Source: an uncultured bacterium (GTDB lineage Bacteria; Verrucomicrobiota; Lentisphaeria; Victivallales; UBA1829). From it: a stretch of DNA of 64,000 nt. Every line of letters starts with the position of its first letter. Position 1 is the stretch's first letter. Shown in pieces: positions 52,552-59,412 of this stretch. The notes beneath the pieces are model-generated. The model worked only from the letters and a program-made list of their open reading frames with translations. It had not been told where the DNA came from and searched no databases. The position numbers were made by a program, and so were the translations under genes. The stretch spans positions 28,213-92,212 of the forward strand of contig CACWOL010000005.1 of assembly GCA_902762495.1 (NCBI GenBank), written 5' to 3'.

Positions 52552-53277
52552 TCACTCCAGAAATGCCGAGGAATGGTTCGTGAGCTCAGCCTCACCTGAG
52601 ATGTCGATGGAATCGCGTCCGGTGAGCCAGTCGTGCAGAGGGATGTTCAGCGGGTAATGAACGAACTCGAAATCGAAACGCGTGGTCTTGCCGAGACTCT
52701 GTACCGACGCGTCCACATAGTGCCTTTTGCTTTTGCCGCAGATGGAACAGCTGCCGAGCAGCCGCTCGCCGTAGTGGGGGCAGTGGTAATTCGTGTGGAT
52801 GCGGTCCTCGCCGACCCAGTTGGCGTATTCCACGTTGCGGTCTCCTTCCATAAAGCCGCGCAAAAGCGATTTCTCCGATTCCACCCCGGTCCAGCCTGCA
52901 TAGCCTCTGTGATTCGGCGTCACCATGGGGCCGGAAACGGGCGCGGCTTTGATCAGAGCCTCCTTGATAGTGAATTCGTCGCGGAATCCGACGGCGGCGG
53001 AACGCGCCCCGCGGAAGGCCGCGTAGTCGGTGACCATGTCGGCGAGCACGAGCTGGAAAAGCTGAAGGATGCCGAAGAGGATCAGACCGAGCAGGATCAT
53101 GGAGAGGAACGATTCGAGGATCGCGGATCCGTGCTCGCCCTTTCTGCGCGCGTATCCGCCTGCCCGGATGCAATGCCCCGCATGCTCCGCCGCGGGCTTC
53201 GCCGCTTCGGAGCCGGTCTCAAGGCTGCGGACTTCCTTATCTTCGCGGCTCAGGAAATGTCGGGGCAGGAAATGCAC
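52552..53277 (-). CDS. TadE-like pseudopilin (start uncertain; track start is GTG)
   Basis: 241 aa. ARRKGEHGSAILESFLSMILLGLILFGILQLF resembles the TadE/TadF N-terminus. The true start may be downstream of 53277. Confidence 0.55.
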   Translation of the reverse strand: MHFLPRHFLSREDKEVRSLETGSEAAKPAAEHAGHCIRAGGYARRKGEHGSAILESFLSMILLGLILFGILQLFQLVLADMVTDYAAFRGARSAAVGFRDEFTIKEALIKAAPVSGPMVTPNHRGYAGWTGVESEKSLLRGFMEGDRNVEYANWVGEDRIHTNYHCPHYGERLLGSCSICGKSKRHYVDASVQSLGKTTRFDFEFVHYPLNIPLHDWLTGRDSIDISGEAELTNHSSAFLE

Positions 53278-53304
53278 AGGTACGCCCTTTTCATAAACGA
53301 TTCA

Positions 53305-53339
53305 GACACGGGCGGCGTACAGGCGACGCTCCCCGTGTC
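53305..53339 (-). promoter_or_regulatory. intercistronic stem-loop between the flp-like and tadE-like genes
   Basis: GACACGGG (53305-53312) pairs with CCCGTGTC (53332-53339), with an inner GCGT/ACGC stem. No U-tract follows. Confidence 0.5.
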
Positions 53340-53364
53340 CGTTCATCAGGCGGAAACAGTCCGG

Positions 53365-53634
53365 TCAGAAATTGATTTCGGACGGACCGTTCTTGTCCAT
53401 GTTTCTCATCTGCTGCAGGGAATCGCCGTTTTCGCCGGCGGCATCTGCTGCCGCGGAATCGTTGCTGATCGCGGAGGTCGTTCCGGCGATCAGCTGTCTG
53501 ATCTTGTCGCCGAAGAGACCGAACACGGTCAGGGCCGCCACCGCAACGAGCGCGATGATGATGATGTACTCCAGGATGGCCTGTCCGCCGGAGGAACGGC
53601 GTTTCATTCCGTAGTGCTTTCTGTTGAATTTCAT
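53365..53634 (-). CDS. Flp/Fap-family type IVb prepilin
   Basis: 89 aa with an AGGAG RBS. KRRSSGG/QAILEYIIIIALVAVAALTVF matches the G/xxxxEY processing motif followed by a hydrophobic helix. Confidence 0.75.
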   Translation of the reverse strand: MKFNRKHYGMKRRSSGGQAILEYIIIIALVAVAALTVFGLFGDKIRQLIAGTTSAISNDSAAADAAGENGDSLQQMRNMDKNGPSEINF

Positions 53635-53674
53635 ATCAGGACTCCTTGGTTCAGGTTTTTGTTTTTTCGACCGG

Positions 53675-53836
53675 TCAGGGTTCCCAGGCGATCAGCGTCA
53701 GAATGCGCCAGCCGTACTCCAGAAAGACCCGCATGAGAAGGAAAAGCGTGAGGGCGACGAGCACGACCATGAAGAGCATCACGGTATACTCCGCGAGCAC
53801 CTGTCCGGATTCGCCTTTGCGCGCGCGCCGTCTCAT
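53675..53836 (-). CDS. second Flp-like prepilin, 53 aa (below the ORF-track size cut-off)
   Basis: My translation is MRRRARKGESGQVLAEYTVMLFMVVLVALTLFLLMRVFLEYGWRILTLIAWEP*. GGAG lies 8 nt upstream. It has the same G/QxLxEY motif. Confidence 0.6.
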   Translation of the reverse strand: MRRRARKGESGQVLAEYTVMLFMVVLVALTLFLLMRVFLEYGWRILTLIAWEP

Positions 53837-53969
53837 TTTTCTTCTCCGTTACAATACGATAGCATGTTTTTTACAGGTTTCAAATCAAAAAAACGACAAA
53901 AACGAAAAAAACGGAAAGAAAAACTATGAAATATACTGTTTCCCGTTCTTTTGCGGCCGAAAGGCCGAG

Positions 53970-55055
53970 TTATTTGTCTTTCTTCTTCGAGCTGTTCTTC
54001 TTGTTGTTCTTCGCGGCGGATTTCGCGACTTCGTCGAGGAATTCCTCGGAGAGGTTCAGCGTGAAGACGGCGTCGTTGCCTTTCGGTTCGTGCTTGAGCG
54101 TGGAGAGCGGGTTGGATTTTCCGCCCTTCTGGATGAGCTTGCCGTCCTTGCCGATCTCGAAAGACGCGCTGGTGAGCATGGTGTAGAGGGTCACGAAACC
54201 GTCGACGGTGTGGAAGACCTCGTCGCGGATCGCGGAAGTGGTGCAGCGGAGCGTGATGGCGGCGTCGATGGAGCCGCGCGAGCCTTCCGTGATGCGCGCG
54301 AAAATCGCCTTGACGTTGTTGCGGATGTCCTCGATGCTGGGGTCCTCCTCGTCGATCTCGATGGAGCCGTCCCCGGCCTTGATCTTCGTCTTCTTCTCCT
54401 CGGCGGTGCGCGGATGGGCTTCCTCCTCGGCCTTCACTTTGCCCTGGACGTAGGCGGCGTCGACCATGGCGGAGACGAGCGCGCCCTTGGTCTTCATGCC
54501 GGTGACCAGCATGGACGGTTCTGGGTTCACTGTCCAGACGAAGGGCTGGGTGTCCGGGAGGTTGATCGCCAGGCGGCACTGCATGATGTCATCGGAGATG
54601 AACTCGAAGATGGCGAGCGAATCGGTCTCGCCGTTGATGGTGTGGATCTTCAGGATGCGCACGCCGGAAACGGTGGACGCTTCGGTTTTGATGTCTTCGC
54701 GGCCGGCGAGGCGCTTGTAGATTTCGTTGACGCGTCCGGGAGCGTAGAGGACGACGTCCATGAGGGAATGCTGGAAGTCGCCGGGATCGATCTCGGTGAG
54801 GAAGAAGGCGACGTCTCCGGTGAGGTCCTCCTTGACCATGGCCACCTCGTTGAGGCTGTTTTCGAGGTCGACGCCGTCCTTGAAGAGGAGCGTCTGGAGC
54901 GCGGGCGAGCTGACCGCCTTGCTCGCGTTGACGTAGAGCGCGAACTTGGCGTTCGAGGGGATGTAGGTCTCGGAGACCGCGAAGAGGGACGGCGCGAATA
55001 CCGCAAGGGCGAGGAGGAATGCGGCGGATTTGATGCTGGACAGTAATCTTCTCAT
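53970..55055 (-). CDS. secreted hypothetical protein with K-rich C-terminus
   Basis: 361 aa with signal peptide AAFLLALAVFAPSLFA. Ends AKNNKKNSSKKKDK. No family recognised. Confidence 0.55.
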   Translation of the reverse strand: MRRLLSSIKSAAFLLALAVFAPSLFAVSETYIPSNAKFALYVNASKAVSSPALQTLLFKDGVDLENSLNEVAMVKEDLTGDVAFFLTEIDPGDFQHSLMDVVLYAPGRVNEIYKRLAGREDIKTEASTVSGVRILKIHTINGETDSLAIFEFISDDIMQCRLAINLPDTQPFVWTVNPEPSMLVTGMKTKGALVSAMVDAAYVQGKVKAEEEAHPRTAEEKKTKIKAGDGSIEIDEEDPSIEDIRNNVKAIFARITEGSRGSIDAAITLRCTTSAIRDEVFHTVDGFVTLYTMLTSASFEIGKDGKLIQKGGKSNPLSTLKHEPKGNDAVFTLNLSEEFLDEVAKSAAKNNKKNSSKKKDK

Positions 55056-55083
55056 GGCTGGCGTCCTTTCTGCCGTGTGGCCG

Positions 55084-55707
55084 TTATTGTTGGGAGAAGT
55101 GCATGAAGTTGCGGATGGCGTTCGCCTCGAGGTTCAGCGCGGCGGGTTCGTCGAAGGGGCCGTCGATGACCACGGAGTCCACGTCGGAGTAGAGGAACCG
55201 GGGCTTGAACGTACGGTAGCAGACGCTGTCGATGAGGAACGCGAGCGACGGAGCCGAGGTGGACGAGGCAGTGCTGTTGAGGTTCCCGAGGCTGAGCTTG
55301 CGCCAGATTTTGCCGCCGTCCTGGGTCAGGTGGAGGCGGAGCTTGTAGAATCCGGGCAGGTCGTTGATCGCGATGGCCTCGATGGAGATGATGTCGGAGG
55401 AGTCGAGCAGAGGGGTCTTGTCGATGATGATCTCGTCGCCGAACATGGTCTCGACCTCGATTTCCTTGTCGGTGCCGCGTTTGTGGCGGATGATCTCATG
55501 GATGGAGACCACGCCGTATTCGCCGGGCTCCCCGACGACCGGCTTGTAGACGTCTTCCTTGTTGTCGACGTTGAGCGGGTCCAGGATGCTGGAGGCGCTG
55601 CCGCCGCACGAGGCAAGCAGACAGAACGATGCCGCTGCGAGGGCGAGCGCCGCGAGGCGGGCAGATGCGCGGAGGCCGGATCGTGTGATGTGCTTCGGAG
55701 TCGTCAT
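55084..55707 (-). CDS. lipoprotein paralogue 1 with SecDF P1-head-like motif
   Basis: 207 aa. Lipobox LLASCG. Contains LAFLIDSVCYRTFKPRFLYSDVDSVVIDGPFDEPAALNLEAN. Confidence 0.6.
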   Translation of the reverse strand: MTTPKHITRSGLRASARLAALALAAASFCLLASCGGSASSILDPLNVDNKEDVYKPVVGEPGEYGVVSIHEIIRHKRGTDKEIEVETMFGDEIIIDKTPLLDSSDIISIEAIAINDLPGFYKLRLHLTQDGGKIWRKLSLGNLNSTASSTSAPSLAFLIDSVCYRTFKPRFLYSDVDSVVIDGPFDEPAALNLEANAIRNFMHFSQQ

Positions 55708-55713
55708 AGGCCG

Positions 55714-56277
55714 TTATTTGAGCCGGAAGAAGTTCCGGGCGGAGTTGGATTCAAGTTTCTTCGCGGTGGCAGGGTCGAACGGGCCGTCCACGATGATGTA
55801 GTCGGTCACGTCGTCGTAAAGCAGACGCGGGACGAACGTGCGGTAGACGATGCCGTCGATGATGAAGGCGACGTGCGTGGCTTTGTTCGGGAGGCTGAGC
55901 CCGATCCAGTGGCGTCTGCCGCGGTCGGTCAGTTTCAGTTCGAGGCTGTAGTAGGGCGGCTGCTTTTCGAGCGGAATCGCCTTGATGGACTTGATGTCGG
56001 CGGAGTCCAGCAGGATGGCCTTGTTCAGGCAGATGTCGTCGCCGAACATCGTGGGCGCCATGACCTCCTTGTCGGTCCCGCGGCGCAGCGAGATGATCTC
56101 CTGGATCTCGATGATGCCTTCCAGAGGACGGTCGGACGTGTCGAGGTTTTCCGGATCGAACATGTGGTCGATCTGCTCGGCGCTGCAGCTCTGCGCTCCC
56201 GCGCCGCAGCAGAAGACTGCGGTGAAGAGGAGCATGACGACAGGCAGCGCCCGGCGGAAATATTTCATGAATTCCAT
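55714..56277 (-). CDS. lipoprotein paralogue 2 with SecDF P1-head-like motif
   Basis: 187 aa (alternative ATG at 56268). Lipobox AVFCCG. Contains VAFIIDGIVYRTFVPRLLYDDVTDYIIVDGPFDPATAKKLESN. Confidence 0.6.
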   Translation of the reverse strand: MEFMKYFRRALPVVMLLFTAVFCCGAGAQSCSAEQIDHMFDPENLDTSDRPLEGIIEIQEIISLRRGTDKEVMAPTMFGDDICLNKAILLDSADIKSIKAIPLEKQPPYYSLELKLTDRGRRHWIGLSLPNKATHVAFIIDGIVYRTFVPRLLYDDVTDYIIVDGPFDPATAKKLESNSARNFFRLK

Positions 56278-56284
56278 GGCCGGA

Positions 56285-56833
56285 TCATTTCCTCATTTTG
56301 AAGTAGTTGTATTTCGCGTTGTTCTGAAGCGCCAGCGCGGTCGCCTGGTCGAACGGACCGTCAACGATGACCGAGAGCGCGTCGTCGGCGATCTGGCGCG
56401 GGACGAATCCGCGGTACACGGTGCCGTCGATCACGAACGCCAGTTGGGTGCCTTTGTGCTGGACGCTGAGGTTGATCCACAGCTTGTGGCCGCGGTCGGT
56501 CAGGTCGAACCGGAGGTTGTAGAACCCCTGGTCTCCGGGGATCGGAATAGGCTGGATGTACTTGATCTCGGAGGAATCCAGCAGCTGGATGGAGTTGATC
56601 GTCACATCGCCGCCGAAGTACGACGCCACGGTGCGTTCGATGCTGTCGCCGTTCTTTTTGCGGATGACTTCGTGGATCGAGACCACGTTTTTCGGCGGCA
56701 GCTGCATTTCCTCCCAGTTGTCCGGGTCCATATACAGATCGACTTCTTCGCTGTCGCAGCTGTGGTAGCCGCAGCAGAAAATAACAGAGCAGAGCAGAGC
56801 CGCCGGAGCAAGAAGTTTGCGGAAGATTTTCAT
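56285..56833 (-). CDS. lipoprotein paralogue 3 with SecDF P1-head-like motif
   Basis: 182 aa. Lipobox VIFCCG. Contains LAFVIDGTVYRGFVPRQIADDALSVIVDGPFDQATALALQNN. Confidence 0.6.
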   Translation of the reverse strand: MKIFRKLLAPAALLCSVIFCCGYHSCDSEEVDLYMDPDNWEEMQLPPKNVVSIHEVIRKKNGDSIERTVASYFGGDVTINSIQLLDSSEIKYIQPIPIPGDQGFYNLRFDLTDRGHKLWINLSVQHKGTQLAFVIDGTVYRGFVPRQIADDALSVIVDGPFDQATALALQNNAKYNYFKMRK

Positions 56834-56950
56834 GAATATTCCTGAAGTTGGAAGTGTGATTCGTAACTAATAAGATAGACTCCAAACGCGAAAATGCAAC
56901 CTTTCTTTCTAAAAAAGAGGCGGAAAAAACGCCAAATGTCGGTTTCGGGG

Positions 56951-56978
56951 TTGAAAAATCCGCGGGACGGGGTATTAT
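56951..56978 (+). promoter_or_regulatory. sigma70-type promoter for the MoxR operon
   Basis: TTGAAA (56951-56956), 16 nt, TATTAT (56973-56978), overlapping a TATAAT 3 nt further on. Confidence 0.45.
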
Positions 56979-57048
56979 AATTGCTGTTTTTTGTCGCCGG
57001 GGCAATCCGCGCCGCCGGTTTCGCCGCAGTTTTACGGAGGTGCATGGT

Positions 57049-57996
57049 ATGGAAGAACAGACGTCCCGCCTGGAGACGATCGGAGAGATACGGACCCGTT
57101 TGAAACAGGTCATCCGCGGAAAAGACGAAGTAATCGATTTGCTGCTGAACGCGGTCCTGGCGAACGGCCACGTGCTGCTGGACGACGTGCCGGGAGTGGG
57201 CAAGACCACGCTCGCCAAGGCGCTTGCCCTGACGGTCAAGGCGGATTTCAAGCGCATCCAGTTCACGTCCGACATGATGCCGTCGGACATCCTCGGCTCC
57301 TCGGTCTTCAACCAGCAGTCCGGCGAGTTCAAGTTTTACCCCGGCCCGGTCTTTGCGAACATCCTCCTCGGCGACGAGATCAACCGCGCGTCGCCGCGCA
57401 CGCAGTCGGCGCTGCTGGAGGCCATGAACGAACACCAGGTGTCGATCGAGGGCGTCCGCTACGACCTGCCGAAGCCGTTCCTCGTGATCGCCACGGAGAA
57501 CCCGGTGGAGTATTTCGGCACGTTCCCGCTGCCGGAAGCCCAGCTGGACCGTTTCGCCATGAAGTTTTCGCTCGGCTACCCGAATCCCGCCGAGGAGCTC
57601 GCCATGCTGAACGACCGCTGGCAGGACGACCCGCTGGACCGCATCGAACCCGTCATCACCTGCACGGAGCTGATGGAGATCCAGAAAAGCGTGCGTGCCG
57701 TGACCATGGAGCAGTCCGTGCAGGAATACGCCCGCGAGCTCGTCGCCGCTACGCGCGATCCGGACAACGGTTTCTCGCTCGGCGCAAGTCCGCGCGCGCT
57801 GCTCGACCTTGCCCGCTGCGCCCAGGCGCACGCCCTGCTGAACGGACGGACGTTCGTGACGCCGGACGACGTGTCGTCGCTGGCGGGTCCGGTCCTGACG
57901 CACCGCCTGATCCTGAACCAGAAAAGCCGCCATGCGGGCGTTTCCGCTTCGGACCTGGTCGCCGCCATCGTGAAGAAGACGCACGTTCCCGTTTAA
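57049..57996 (+). CDS. MoxR-family AAA+ ATPase
   Basis: 315 aa from ATG 57049 with GGAGG 8 nt upstream. Walker A DDVPGVGKTTLAKALA, Walker B ILLGDEINRASPRTQSALLEAM. Confidence 0.85.
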   Translation: MEEQTSRLETIGEIRTRLKQVIRGKDEVIDLLLNAVLANGHVLLDDVPGVGKTTLAKALALTVKADFKRIQFTSDMMPSDILGSSVFNQQSGEFKFYPGPVFANILLGDEINRASPRTQSALLEAMNEHQVSIEGVRYDLPKPFLVIATENPVEYFGTFPLPEAQLDRFAMKFSLGYPNPAEELAMLNDRWQDDPLDRIEPVITCTELMEIQKSVRAVTMEQSVQEYARELVAATRDPDNGFSLGASPRALLDLARCAQAHALLNGRTFVTPDDVSSLAGPVLTHRLILNQKSRHAGVSASDLVAAIVKKTHVPV

Positions 57997-58029
57997 GTTC
58001 AATCCCCTCCGGAGAAGGAATCCCGTGAC

Positions 58030-59412
58030 ATGAGCCGGAACCCGCTGCGTTTGATCGGAGACCTCTGGCGGAGGTTTTTGGACGGTCCCCAGTGGCTGCG
58101 CGAGTCGCACGGGCTCGGTTTCGTGTTTCAATACTACCGTTCGCCCTCGCTGAAGCTCCTCTTCTGGGCGATGGCGTGGTACGAACGTCTGTTCAGCCGC
58201 CCGATGCGCCTGCTCTTCATCGTGATCCCGATGTTCGCCTTCTTCTCCATGTTCACGCTGAACAGCCTGGCGGTCACCATGTTCCTGTTCCTGCTGTCTC
58301 TGCTGGCGGTCGATCTCGTTGTCGGCCTAGTCTTCCGTCCCCGGCTCTCCGTCGAACGGGATATGCCGCCGCGCGTCAAATGCGGCACGGCGTTCGACGT
58401 GAGCTACCGAGTCCGCAATCTCCGGCGTCTGCCCGCCGCCGACCTGCTGCTCGACCCGAATATCGAGCTGCCGGAGCTTCGTCGCGTGCAGGGGTTCAAG
58501 TACGTCGCCGTCCGCGGACACGCGGAGGAACGGTTCGCCACGGAACTGAAGCCGTTCAAACGCGGCGTCTTCAGCATCCCGCAGGGGATCGCGGAGTCCG
58601 GTTTCCCTTTCAATCTCTTCAAGCATTCCGTCCTTTTCGGCCGCAAGGAATCCCTGATCGTGCATCCGGCCAGCCGGGAACTGAAGAACCTTTTCCCGCG
58701 CGACGGCGGCGTCCTGCCGCGCCTGAGCGCGCGTTCCGTGCCCCGGCCGGGCGACAGCATGGATTTCTACGGATGCCGCATGTACCGGCCCGGCGATTCC
58801 CCGCGCAAGATCCACTGGCGGGCGACGGCGCGCTACCGGCTCCCGATCATCAAGGAATACCAGCAGGAACACGTCTCCCACGCGGCGGTCCTGCTGGACA
58901 CGTACGTCCCGCGCGCCCGTCTGGCCGTAGGCGTGCTTCGGGCGCTGTTCAGCCTGTCGGAATCCCTGCTGCGGGTCCGCACGAACCTGACGTTCGAGGC
59001 GGCGGTCTCGCTGGCGGCGTCAATCGCGGAGACCCTGACCTCGGCATCGTACCATGTCGACCTGCTTGCCGTCGGCGGCCGGATCACGCGTTTCCCGACG
59101 AACGGCGAGCCGGACCGGAACTGCGACCCGCTGCTGGACGAACTTGCGACGGCGACGACGTCGGCGCGCGACGCGTTCGCGGGGAAGGGCGCGGCTGCGC
59201 TTGCCGAGGATGCGCTGGAATCTGGCACGGTGTTTGTGATCCTGACGCGCTGGGACGCCGCCTCCAAGGCGTTTCTCGCCAGCCTGACCGGACGCGGCTC
59301 GCAGATCGTGCCCGTACTTGTGGCGGAACGCGTGCCGGACACGGAGCTGCCGGACGACCTCCGCGTCATCACGCCGGACGCCGTCCTGCGGGGAGGCGAC
59401 CTGCCGTTATGA
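58030..59412 (+). CDS. DUF58-domain protein (MoxR-associated, vWA-like fold)
   Basis: 460 aa. N-terminal TM pair, then the core FYGCRMYRPGDSPRKIHWRATARYRLPIIKEYQQE. Confidence 0.8.
   Translation: MSRNPLRLIGDLWRRFLDGPQWLRESHGLGFVFQYYRSPSLKLLFWAMAWYERLFSRPMRLLFIVIPMFAFFSMFTLNSLAVTMFLFLLSLLAVDLVVGLVFRPRLSVERDMPPRVKCGTAFDVSYRVRNLRRLPAADLLLDPNIELPELRRVQGFKYVAVRGHAEERFATELKPFKRGVFSIPQGIAESGFPFNLFKHSVLFGRKESLIVHPASRELKNLFPRDGGVLPRLSARSVPRPGDSMDFYGCRMYRPGDSPRKIHWRATARYRLPIIKEYQQEHVSHAAVLLDTYVPRARLAVGVLRALFSLSESLLRVRTNLTFEAAVSLAASIAETLTSASYHVDLLAVGGRITRFPTNGEPDRNCDPLLDELATATTSARDAFAGKGAAALAEDALESGTVFVILTRWDAASKAFLASLTGRGSQIVPVLVAERVPDTELPDDLRVITPDAVLRGGDLPL

Noticed and set aside
58092-59408. N-terminal ~440 codons of the 1175-aa track ORF 58092-61619
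   Set aside because: This is an Arg/Pro/Ala-rich shadow over the DUF58 gene. The transglutaminase-like protein starts at ATG 59409 with a 4-nt overlap on the DUF58 stop.
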